This document shows positions 1 through 9,000 of a stretch of 64,000 bases of DNA, in pieces. Under the pieces are notes generated by a model that was given only the letters and a program-made list of their open reading frames with translations, was not told the origin of the DNA and did not search any database. Source of the DNA: a virus; IMG/VR virus record IMGVR_UViG_3300030098_001484, positions 3,000 to 66,999 of that record. One strand, given 5' to 3'. A program made the translations under genes and the position numbers. Position 1 is the stretch's first letter. Each line of letters starts with the position of its first letter.

Positions 1-1424
1 GGCTTACCGCCGTATGGAATAATCATCACAGGATTCTTTGCAACTGTGGTAGTGTTAACCACATCCTCATTCTCAAGGAACACCTGACTAAACTCATCGT
101 CTTCCCCTGCTTCCCAAGCACGACGGTTCTCATCACAGATATCTTTCCTGAAGTCGTGAATCTCACCGTTAGGGTTGTTGATAAGGTTTGTACGTCGGGC
201 GTTAACCTCATCCCTAGTAGCAGCCGCAGTGTGCTGAAGGTTTGATGACACTTGGTCAAGCCTAATAGGCAAGTCCCAGTAACCGTCTTCCAAAGCATCA
301 GCATATGCGTCACATGCACTAAAGCATTTGAAAGTACCGGCTCCCTTACCAAAGCCATCCCACCACAGATCATAATGCTTAAGCGGGTCTTCAGCAACAG
401 CAAGGATACGGTCCTTATTGTTGTCAACCCACTCAACACGATGATCGAAGTGAAGTTTGTCCAACTTAACTCCGTCTGCTATAGGCAGTCCAGAACATGA
501 ACTGGCGATACCAACCTTAGCCCAATACCAGTCATCGTCTGTCTTAAGAATCTGTCCGTTAGCAAAACGCAACAAACTAGAAGCCAGATCATTACCTTGC
601 GGTGATAAGACATCGCAATAGTAATACATACGACCACGAAAGTCGATGTAAACAACCAGCCAGAAGGTCCGACCCTGCATCTCAGTAGCCACCTGTAAGG
701 CAACACCATGAGCATACTTATGAATCTCATGTTCATAAGGCAACAGCGTATGCTTAGCCAAAGCTAAGGTACGATCTGAGATAACGTATGGCACGTCTTG
801 TAGACCGTTCATCGCATCACAGATCCCTTGCTTTGTAACATTTTGCCACGTTCCGTGACTTATGCCGTGCCTAAGAGCATCAGTGAGATATCCACCCGGA
901 CGCTCAATAGTATGAGGCACAGGCGGCACAACCATAGGGCGACGATTCATTCCAATCATACCCCAAAGGTCGTGTTCCTCAAGCATGTTCTTAAGTGTGC
1001 TAGTGAGCCTAACAACAGTGGTATCCCCATGCTTAGTGTGGTTAAGGTCGATAAACCCAACCGAACGACAGGCATGTATAAGATTCCAAGATATTGCTAG
1101 TCGATCCTCTCGATCCATGTTAGGTGCTAAAGTTAACAACCTGCGTGACACTTCATTCACTACAGGGTGTGCTTGAGCCGTATCACCTTCCTTGGAGACC
1201 TTATCCAGAGTGGCACATGACGCAATCATTGACACTTCTCTAAGGCCCATCTTAAGGACACGTTTAGCCCACTTAGGAGGCTGACTGAAGCCACTGATCA
1301 AATCCTCCAGCCCTCCCTCAAGTTGGTCAACAATAGGATTAGGGTTAACACCCCTACCCATGATTTCTAACTCAAGGTTGCGCTGTTGGTCTAAAGCAGC
1401 ATCAGTAACAGTAACACATGACAT
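1..1424 (-). CDS. Second, divergent T7-like single-subunit RNA polymerase (3'-truncated by window edge; 474 aa visible)
   Basis: Manual translation from ATG 1424 (RBS AAGGGGA), open to position 1: RPMVVPP..GGYL, IDFRGRMY, SPQGND..LLRFA, DKLHFDHRVEWV, motif A LPIRLDQVSSNLQH, motif B AKNPVMIIPYG. Not in the ORF track. Confidence 0.93.
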   Translation of the reverse strand, partial: MSCVTVTDAALDQQRNLELEIMGRGVNPNPIVDQLEGGLEDLISGFSQPPKWAKRVLKMGLREVSMIASCATLDKVSKEGDTAQAHPVVNEVSRRLLTLAPNMDREDRLAISWNLIHACRSVGFIDLNHTKHGDTTVVRLTSTLKNMLEEHDLWGMIGMNRRPMVVPPVPHTIERPGGYLTDALRHGISHGTWQNVTKQGICDAMNGLQDVPYVISDRTLALAKHTLLPYEHEIHKYAHGVALQVATEMQGRTFWLVVYIDFRGRMYYYCDVLSPQGNDLASSLLRFANGQILKTDDDWYWAKVGIASSCSGLPIADGVKLDKLHFDHRVEWVDNNKDRILAVAEDPLKHYDLWWDGFGKGAGTFKCFSACDAYADALEDGYWDLPIRLDQVSSNLQHTAAATRDEVNARRTNLINNPNGEIHDFRKDICDENRRAWEAGEDDEFSQVFLENEDVVNTTTVAKNPVMIIPYGGK

Positions 1425-1458
1425 AACCAATCCCCTTATTTGAAAGGTTATTTATTAC

Positions 1459-1485
1459 GAGCCTTTTACTGACTTGCTCAGGTCA
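1459..1485 (-). ncRNA. Putative H-type pseudoknot in leader of second RNAP
   Basis: TGACCTGAGCAAGTCAGTAAAAGGCTC: TGAC/GTCA and GAGC/GCTC interleaved pairings. Confidence 0.45.
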
Positions 1486-1502
1486 ATACACAGTGTATTA
1501 AC

Positions 1503-2309
1503 TCAGTCCATGTTGGCTTCAAGAACCGCAGACTTATTAGCAGTCCGGCGACGATTACTCTTGTTAGACCTCAACAGGTGATCTGTATTAGTCCGCTGGT
1601 CGCCACGGTCCTCAACGTAGTTGCCTGAACGAGGGCCACTACCCATCTGAACCCCGTGAGGTTCCAATGCTTCTCTAAGGTTATTCATTGCGTCCTTAAC
1701 CGTTTCCCCAACACCGTACAACCCGACATATTCATGATCGGTGTTATACTTCTTCTTCTTGAAAGTACCGTCCTTCTTACGGATACCTTCACCAATAACC
1801 TCCATCCGATATCCTTCATCGGTCAAGGTTCTGGTAAGTCTGAAACCCTTAACCCAAGGCAACTTCGAAGGCTTAACTTCAGCCTTCTCAGTCTTACTCA
1901 GGTACTCGTTGATTAGGGTCTTACTACGAGTCCGCTTGCCGGGTTCAATACCGCAAACCTTAAGTAGCTCTTGCCTTGACATGGCTTCAAGCTGCTCTTT
2001 GGTAAAGGTCTTACCCTTAGACTTCTTGCCCCCAATCTTGCGAGTCTTCTTCGCAGACTTAGGCTTGTCCTCTGCGGTAACACCACGGTCCTTGGCCTTC
2101 TTGTGCTTATCTTCAAGATCAGCCACGGTATCCTTGGTATCACCAACAATCACACCAAGCCGGGCCAATGCTCTTTGAGTGGTGGCTTTACCATTCAGTT
2201 TCCACCGGCGGTTCAACTCTTTCAGAGCCTTCTTCCGCTTCTTGTCACTCTTATTAGCATAAGCGCAAAGCTCAGCGTTGGACATATAATTCATTGGTTT
2301 CTTACTCAT
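1503..2309 (-). CDS. Lys-rich early protein with HeH/Rho-N-like segment and C-terminal HicB-like segment
   Basis: 268-aa ORF; TKEQLEAMSRQELLKVCGI; GVGETVKDAMNNLREALE. Confidence 0.7.
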   Translation of the reverse strand: MSKKPMNYMSNAELCAYANKSDKKRKKALKELNRRWKLNGKATTQRALARLGVIVGDTKDTVADLEDKHKKAKDRGVTAEDKPKSAKKTRKIGGKKSKGKTFTKEQLEAMSRQELLKVCGIEPGKRTRSKTLINEYLSKTEKAEVKPSKLPWVKGFRLTRTLTDEGYRMEVIGEGIRKKDGTFKKKKYNTDHEYVGLYGVGETVKDAMNNLREALEPHGVQMGSGPRSGNYVEDRGDQRTNTDHLLRSNKSNRRRTANKSAVLEANMD

Positions 2310-2366
2310 GTTACTAACATTCCTTCATTCAAAGGTACATACATCGGGTACGCAACACCATGCTGC

Positions 2367-2449
2367 GTTCCCATTGGCAGAACTCGGCCTACCACGCATG
2401 TATACGTACATGCTTTGATGCCTTGTTCCCATTCGCAGAACTCGGCCTA
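2367..2449. repeat. Tandem 25-bp direct repeat (24/25 identical, period 58)
   Basis: gttcccatt(g/c)gcagaactcggccta at 2367-2391 and 2425-2449, intergenic. Confidence 0.85.
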
Positions 2450-2480
2450 TACATACGTACACATACTACGTTCACGTTCA

Positions 2481-2801
2481 CTATCTATCAAGTCTCCTTT
2501 CGTTGTCTTCTTTCCACTGCTCATACTCACGCATACGAGCCTTGAACTCTGATCTGGGAAGCCATGTCTGTATAATTTCCCGTGACTCAGGGTCGTCCAA
2601 CAAACCAAGCCTAATCTTTCTCAACGCACTACGATGACCCCCTCTTACCGTTGATTCATTATTATTATTTCCTGAATCAGGGTGAGGATCTTCGTTTAGC
2701 TTCTCCGCAATTACCTTATGCGGAGTAAGATCTAACGGAGACTTAGGTTCCGTAGCCTTACAAAGATTAGAGTCAATACGATCTCTAACAATTTTTGCCA
2801 T
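2481..2801 (-). CDS. Hypothetical early protein
   Basis: 106-aa ORF, RBS GAGG, co-oriented. Confidence 0.7.
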   Translation of the reverse strand: MAKIVRDRIDSNLCKATEPKSPLDLTPHKVIAEKLNEDPHPDSGNNNNESTVRGGHRSALRKIRLGLLDDPESREIIQTWLPRSEFKARMREYEQWKEDNERRLDR

Positions 2802-2893
2802 TACAGTTCAACTACCTCTTGTAAAATGAGTATGATAAACAAAGTAATAAGGCCCATACTCATGGCACATAATACTAATTCAATTACCCACAT

Positions 2894-3154
2894 TCAATTC
2901 TCCACTTTTATTGCATACATTCTCCGAAAGAAGTGCTTATCTTTGACACTCTTACGATACCAACGATTGCCTAGACCTTTGGATCTATTGCCCCAATCGT
3001 ATCTAAAGTCAGGATCTAGATTAATTCTGACATCCATGCAGAACTCACCGCAATCCCAAAGTACACGGTTAGTTCTACGTTCCGGTAAGAAACCAAGAAT
3101 CCACAGTAACATCCTGTGAATCCAAGGTTTACGAGGTTCAGTGTACATATACAC
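2894..3154 (-). CDS. Hypothetical early protein
   Basis: 86-aa ORF in the gene run. Confidence 0.55.
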   Translation of the reverse strand: MYMYTEPRKPWIHRMLLWILGFLPERRTNRVLWDCGEFCMDVRINLDPDFRYDWGNRSKGLGNRWYRKSVKDKHFFRRMYAIKVEN

Positions 3155-3167
3155 CTACCTTTCTGCC

Positions 3168-3383
3168 TCAATCAAGAGGCTCTATGCGTTCCCCGCTATA
3201 TTCATCGAGGTCAGCTTGCGTATAACCAGAGAACGTCTCTGGTGTATACTTCTTTTCTTTCTCCTTTCTGCAACTAACACAAACCCTGTCTAAGGGTATG
3301 CCTTGGCAATCTGTCATCCAATAAGACATTTGCCCTGACCCACAAGGGCAAGGCTTTGGTGGTCGTTCGTGAATACTACTCAT
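3168..3383 (-). CDS. Small zinc-binding protein (CPCGSG...CVSC)
   Basis: Start MSSIH with AGGAG RBS; SEC-C-like CPCGSG. Confidence 0.65.
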   Translation of the reverse strand: MSSIHERPPKPCPCGSGQMSYWMTDCQGIPLDRVCVSCRKEKEKKYTPETFSGYTQADLDEYSGERIEPLD

Positions 3384-3807
3384 CGATTGAATTCTCCTTC
3401 TTATCCATGCTGCCTTCCGCATATCCACAACCGTAACCATGATCCAACCCTTCACCGTGGCCCCATTCCCAGCCAACAGTAAACGCAACCTGCAAAGCCA
3501 GATCGAGTCTGCCATCCGTGTTTGCCCCGAGTTGTTTCATTATGAACTCAAGGCATTCATTGGCTTCCTCACCTTGGGTGGCGGCAAACCACTTGTCTCT
3601 GTTGCGGAAGACATTCAATGCAAAGTTGCCATCCAGACATTCCATTGATTTTATTAGCTTGTGATGTCTGGTATCCTCGCCGCTGCCATTACACCGATCA
3701 CAAATCCTGAACTCAACGGGATTTTCACGGCCTGCATCTGAAGGGTGATAGTATTCCATATCACCACTGCCATCGCAGAGTTGGCATTCAAACTTCTTAC
3801 TATTCAT
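3376..3807 (-). CDS. Protein with DnaJ-type zinc finger
   Basis: CQLCDGSG...CDRCNGSG; AAGGAG RBS before ATG 3807. Confidence 0.7.
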   Translation of the reverse strand: MNSKKFECQLCDGSGDMEYYHPSDAGRENPVEFRICDRCNGSGEDTRHHKLIKSMECLDGNFALNVFRNRDKWFAATQGEEANECLEFIMKQLGANTDGRLDLALQVAFTVGWEWGHGEGLDHGYGCGYAEGSMDKKENSIDE

Positions 3808-3845
3808 AACACAATGCTCCTTACCCATATGGGCAGTTAGGTTAC

Positions 3846-4070
3846 TCAATAAGGACGATGATGCCTCAATACATTCAAGGCACATTTAACATGCCGAGGC
3901 TTTGGGTAAGCCCCGGCTTTGAATAGTTTCCTTAATGATTTAGGTTGTTTTCTGTAGGAATTACTTTCCCATGCCGCATCAATAGCTAGAAAAACTAGCG
4001 TTCTATTGAGGACATTAGGGTAATCCCAGTCCAATCTAAACATCACATACCTCTGTTGTATCATACACAA
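3846..4070 (-). CDS. Hypothetical early protein
   Basis: 74-aa ORF with AAGGAG RBS. Confidence 0.5.
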   Translation of the reverse strand: MCMIQQRYVMFRLDWDYPNVLNRTLVFLAIDAAWESNSYRKQPKSLRKLFKAGAYPKPRHVKCALNVLRHHRPY

Positions 4071-4103
4071 TACTCCTTATTTATAATTACCACGATTTGT
4101 GGA

Positions 4104-4262
4104 TTAATAGCCCGGACGAGCCTTACGCAATACCTTACCTATCAAATCAAAACGTAAGTTTATGCGGCCAAAGTAACAAGACCGTGATTTACAGTGTCTT
4201 CTATTGAAGCAATGTAAATCTGTCTGCTTATGGCAGCCCTTACATAGCGTTTTGTTTCTCAC
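4104..4262 (-). CDS. Small Cys-rich hypothetical protein
   Basis: GTG start after AAGGAG; CKGC..C..C..C. Confidence 0.5.
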   Translation of the reverse strand: MRNKTLCKGCHKQTDLHCFNRRHCKSRSCYFGRINLRFDLIGKVLRKARPGY

Positions 4263-4298
4263 TTTATACTCCTTGTTAGTAATCACCACGATTACTAT

Positions 4299-4334
4299 CA
4301 ACGGTCCCATGTCCTCCTAAACATGGGACCGTTG
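4299..4334 (-). promoter_or_regulatory. Perfect 14-bp hairpin with AGGAGG in the loop
   Basis: caacggtcccatgt-cctcctaa-acatgggaccgttg. Confidence 0.6.
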
Positions 4335-4347
4335 TGGTATCCGTGGA

Positions 4348-4755
4348 TTATCTAATAGCTCTGGAGAATGAACCTTGACCAAGCACAACTAAAGGTGCTT
4401 CAGATTCAGGGGTCATATGGTTCTGCCTAATCACTTGGATATAACTAATTTCTGTTTGAAGTTTAGTTATGTGCTTCTCCATAGTATGTTCAATCCACTT
4501 CAAGAACTCCATAACCATCTCTTGAGACCATTCACCGGGTAAACACCCTTCATCTGGCATAAAGTGGTTAATCTTAGCTGAAGGATCAAAGGTACAATAC
4601 TGAGTCCTAGGATCCGACTCATCCCTATTAAAATGACACTCAAAGACTTGAGAAGAACCATCCCAGCAAAAGTTTAGGGTGTCTACCTCCAGAGCCAGCA
4701 TCTCAAGTAAATAACTCATATGTTCTTGAGGTGTAACTTCTTCGTTTCGTTCCAT
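4348..4755 (-). CDS. Hypothetical early protein
   Basis: 135-aa ORF with GGAG RBS. Confidence 0.7.
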   Translation of the reverse strand: MERNEEVTPQEHMSYLLEMLALEVDTLNFCWDGSSQVFECHFNRDESDPRTQYCTFDPSAKINHFMPDEGCLPGEWSQEMVMEFLKWIEHTMEKHITKLQTEISYIQVIRQNHMTPESEAPLVVLGQGSFSRAIR

Positions 4756-4801
4756 TTACAAACTCCATTTTCTGCTCCTTTTGGAGCGGTTAGGGTAAAC
4801 A

Positions 4802-4829
4802 CCACCAGTAGCCGTTAAGCTACTGGTGG
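4802..4829 (-). terminator. 11-bp hairpin, terminator or processing site
   Basis: ccaccagtagc-cgttaa-gctactggtgg followed by TGTTT on minus strand. Confidence 0.5.
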
Positions 4830-4870
4830 CAAAGGGTTAGGGGTTGAGGTTAGGGGTTATAAAACGACTA

Positions 4871-5305
4871 TCAACCGTTCTTCTTGGTCCACCACTCAAG
4901 AGTCTTGAGAGCAGCCTTACACTTTCTAGCAAATCCGTTGATATCTTGGTGCTTACCTTTCTTCTTCCACTTACTCATGGTCTTGACAAACTTAGCTTTC
5001 TGAGGGGACCAAGTAACAGACAGAGAACCATCAGGGTTCTCGGTCTTAGTCTGCTGCTGGACCCAACTTAGCAGCTTGGAACCGTCTGGAGCCAAGGGCA
5101 GTTTAGGGTGCTTAGTCTTAGACTTAACCGCCACTTTACCCTTAGCTTTCGAGGGCTTAGCTTTACCGTTAGACTTCTCTTGATTCTTGCAAATCTGGCT
5201 GATTCTAGGGGCTGAAATGCCATACTTATCGGCAATATCAACCTGTTTCATACCAGAAGTGTAAAGATCATAAATCTTACGGTTACGCTTCTTCAATTCA
5301 TTCAT
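4871..5305 (-). CDS. HTH DNA-binding protein (probable first early gene)
   Basis: RNRKIYDLYTSGMKQVDIADKYGISAPRISQI helix-turn-helix; basic tail. Confidence 0.8.
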   Translation of the reverse strand: MNELKKRNRKIYDLYTSGMKQVDIADKYGISAPRISQICKNQEKSNGKAKPSKAKGKVAVKSKTKHPKLPLAPDGSKLLSWVQQQTKTENPDGSLSVTWSPQKAKFVKTMSKWKKKGKHQDINGFARKCKAALKTLEWWTKKNG

Positions 5306-5413
5306 AACTTGTTGTCCTTTCTGGACTTAGGAACTGGGAAATAAGCAGGTCATCCACTGCGGATAACCTTAGGCTTACCTCTCTGCTACTGTTATGTTCT
5401 CACCTTATCTCCG

Positions 5414-5438
5414 TAAACCCCTGTAAATAAAGGGTTTA
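5414..5438. repeat. Inverted repeat in putative genome-end region
   Basis: taaaccc-N11-gggttta. Confidence 0.5.
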
Positions 5439-5576
5439 GCAGCATAAGATTACCCTAATCCTCGTTTTCTGTACCGTTATGGCGGTTGACCCTTGCTCCT
5501 AAGGGTAAGAAAAGGGGGCTACCGGGGGATGCTGCGGGCCAATCAAGTCTATACCCAGAAATAAATTCGTGACCCC

Positions 5577-5864
5577 CTAGTCGATTCTACGATCCTCGGC
5601 ATCTAGCTTACCCATACGCTCCCAATCAGGTTCCATCTCTTTCATGAGACGAATCATAGTCTCCAGACGGATGATACTGTTGTCCAAGGCACGGACACGA
5701 TCAATAAGCTTGACCACCATGCTCCAAAGACTGTTGAGCTTAGTAATCAAGATGTTCATCATCCATTTCATCATGCAATACATGAATAAGATCAAGATGA
5801 TTGCCATGAAGATTGGAAACCCAAGGGTCTCGATAAGATGTAAGAATTGTGTAACGTCTTCCAT
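5577..5864 (-). CDS. Membrane protein, holin-like (YvrJ-like LGFPI start)
   Basis: N-terminal TM helix then coiled coil; last late gene. Confidence 0.6.
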   Translation of the reverse strand: MEDVTQFLHLIETLGFPIFMAIILILFMYCMMKWMMNILITKLNSLWSMVVKLIDRVRALDNSIIRLETMIRLMKEMEPDWERMGKLDAEDRRID

Positions 5865-5986
5865 AGATGTCCCCCTAGATTAAAAGATATGTATATAGCG
5901 GGTTTCTCCCCCCAGAGCCTATAGATATTTATTTAGGTTTATAACGGTGAGTTATACCCTAGGTATCCTATAGCCCCATCCCATCA

Positions 5987-6024
5987 GAACCCGACACGAT
6001 GCCAAGGTCTATCGTGTCAGGCTC
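5987..6024 (-). promoter_or_regulatory. 14-bp RNA hairpin downstream of promoter motif
   Basis: GAGCCTGACACGAT/ATCGTGTCGGGTTC pairs fully with G-U only on the minus strand. Confidence 0.5.
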
Positions 6025-6050
6025 TCCCCCATGTACTCTTCATAGGTTTA

Positions 6051-6071
6051 TATACTATTATACCCGGTTAT
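6051..6071 (-). promoter_or_regulatory. Phage promoter motif, copy 1
   Basis: ATAACCGGGTATAATAGTATA, intergenic, 4 copies in window. Confidence 0.85.
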
Positions 6072-6086
6072 CCGTCCATCGGCCTT

Positions 6087-9000
6087 CTAGGGGTTCTGAG
6101 GGCCGATTTTAAAGAAACTGTCCGGTAATCGAAGATACGTAGGCATCTCATAGATTGACTCGAATACATCAGTTTCCTTCTGCATTTCAAAGAACGGATT
6201 GAAGATAGGCTTCTCGGGTTTCTTGGCAGGGTTCTTATGCAGCGACTGTTGCATATACCGCTGTTTTTCCAAGGGGGTAGTGTTTGGGGTGTTCGATGGA
6301 ATTTTCGGCTGAAGACGCGGTGTAACGTGATCCTCGAAGTTCTGAAGGATAGTTTCTCTCCATACTCTCATAGCTTCGTCTGGCCTATTATTATCAATAT
6401 CTTCTTTCATCATACTTGATAAAGCTAAGGCCAAGATTCTAGCTTGGTCCCGGTCATCAGGATTTACGTGATTAAAGAAGGCATCATTAATGGGAACCCA
6501 CCAGAATGCCTTGGTTGGGAACATGGCTTGATACAACAGATTGAAAGCATCACTAGCCTGAGCATCTCGCTCTCCAGACTTTAGGTCTCCCATTGTAGCA
6601 ATCCAGTCTTCCATGCCTACAGCTTTTGTAGCTTTGGTTCTGCCTTTTGTTAAGAAGTTGCCCTTACCCATACCTACCATTGCATTTGAGATCATCTTAA
6701 ATACGCCGGATGCTGGCATTTCTAGCGGATTGCTTCCATACGCAGGTTCACCTAACATTGGATTTACAACAGGTAAGACCGCCAGTTCTCTTACTATCTT
6801 ACTCCCCCATCCTAATACCGGAGCATGAGAACCCTTCTGGAATAGTTTAGCCCACCCATTTTCTTTCCATTCGGTTGCAATTTCTTCTGCTGATTTCTTA
6901 CCGGACTGAAGCTCCCTAACTTGCATATGTAACATCTCTAATGAAACAATACCTGCAATTAGAGCTAAGGCTTTTATGGCTCCTACTTCAGATGGATTCT
7001 TTTTCATATAAACATTAAAGAACGCTAAAGGATAAGTAGCATAGAAAGAGAATAATCTACCAAACCAATTCTTATTAAAGTGAGAATAAGAGGCTAATCC
7101 TCTCGGTTCTGGGGAAGCATCGTGAGCGTGCATTTCAATAAAGTTAATAAAACGATCAAACACATCCGTATACAGGTCTCTTTCTAACTTCCCAAACTGA
7201 TAATCAACGGAGTTCATTCGTTCAAACATAAGCGATTGATCCCAATTTGATTGGGTTGCTTCGCCCCATGTAAGAAGCTTTCTAACCATTGGCATCACAT
7301 CTAGTCCACTGTCATCAACAACAAGCCCAGCCCTAAACCATCTCATCGCCATTTCATAGCTTAGTCCTTCTTTTCTAGCTAAGCCTTTAATGTATCGTCG
7401 TTTTGCTTTAGCGTCCGTTAGCGATTTAAATTTAATAGGATCAAATGCTAGATTAAACGCTTCAAGTTTATCTAAATTCTTAAGAGTATTATACTTAGCA
7501 TTACCAACCGCAATATTCTTAGTTAGGTTTATGACTTGGCGTAAGAACGTAAACTCTGATTGCATTTTAGCCGTGGCCTCTAAGAAATTATTAAGTTTTT
7601 CCATAGCTCCGTCTGTAGCGGTATACTTTCTATCTTTACTCCACATTAATTTCCAAAGGGATCTAATTCGATTACTCCATTTAATATCGTACTCTACTCG
7701 ATCATCATTCATAAACTTAGCTAAGCCAGATCTTTCAATGTTATCGAACATAAAGGCAGTACCCTCAAGATTGGTATTTAAGTTAGATGAAGATCTTGGG
7801 ATTCCCTTAAAGGCTGTACCTAAAGCATTCATTAACGCTCCAGCACTTCCTGATCTAGCAATAATAGCAAACGGTAATTCAACTAAAGCAACTGCTTGTG
7901 AAATACCGCTTCCAAAAATAGCCTGAGCAAGATTGTTCATTGCTTTTACTGCTGTATCAAATTTGATGTTTGCATCATATACAGGCGTTCCAATCATTTC
8001 CTTATAAAGCATTTCCATAAAATCGACAGTTTCTTCGAGTGCTTTTTTAGTGGCGTGATCAGCAATTTTCTTACCCTTTGGTCCGGCTATCTCGGTTAAG
8101 CTTGCAACCCTATCTCGCATTAAAGAAAAGACATCTTCAAACCGTAGGTTCTTAAGTTGTTCTCCGGTAAATGGAGAAGCAATTGCCATTGTTTGAAGCC
8201 AATGATTTAATACATCTTGTGCATTAATTCTAGTTGCAGTAGTATTAGCGTAGTCCATAATAATCCGGTCCCACGACCAATCAAATTCTTTTAAGAATTC
8301 AGGATTATTTGCTAATTCTTCAGCAGAGAACACCCTTTCTTTTGATCCCATATTCGGTTGACCTATTTCATTTATGTACCTACGTTCTGCTCCAGCAACG
8401 TCTTGTCCAGCCTTAGAACCAGCAGCTTCGTGGTTTCTTCGCCTAGCCCAATTAATCATAGCTTCGTGTAATGCGGTTCGTTCTGGATTAATTCTTGCCC
8501 CCTTGGTATTTACATAATAACTAGTATCACCACCATAAGAAGCTTCTATTTTATCTCCAATAGAAATTGAATCCTCTGCTCCGCTATATTCAGCATTTAA
8601 GTTTTCTTCGCTAAATGTTTTAAATATTTCTGGCTTAGCCATAATAGGTTTAGTAGTATCAGGAGCTATAGCCTTAGCAGAAGTTTTTAACTCTTCAGGA
8701 GAGAACACTTGAATTTTACGACTCTTAGGTTTAAATACATTTGGTTCTCTTATTACAGAGATATCCAGAGCAGTCTTTGTCATAAATGGAGAACCTTCTT
8801 CAGTACCTACTCTAAATTGATTAGGTCCAAGCTTTTCTTGTAATTCATTAATAACCGCTGCTTCTCTTTGTTTAAGTTCTTTATATCGTTCAATGGATTC
8901 TTTATATAGCTGCCTCATTTTAAGAGTACGGGCTTGCATAGCCGAGTCTTGTTTAATAGGATTTCTTTCAACTGTAATTTGAGGATCCATCCACTGATCT

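Noticed and set aside
26-1176. Short ORFs listed in the track (26-439, 252-500, 479-736, 828-1100, 985-1176)
   Set aside because: Alternative-frame or antisense shadows of the unlisted RNAP2 ORF
2367-2449. Mini CRISPR array (25-bp repeat, 33-bp spacer)
   Set aside because: Only two units, the flanking 'spacers' share sequence, no cas genes and no typical repeat end
5545-5962. Partial GGGTATA matches to the promoter motif near 5552 and 5955
   Set aside because: Only 7-8 nt match; insufficient
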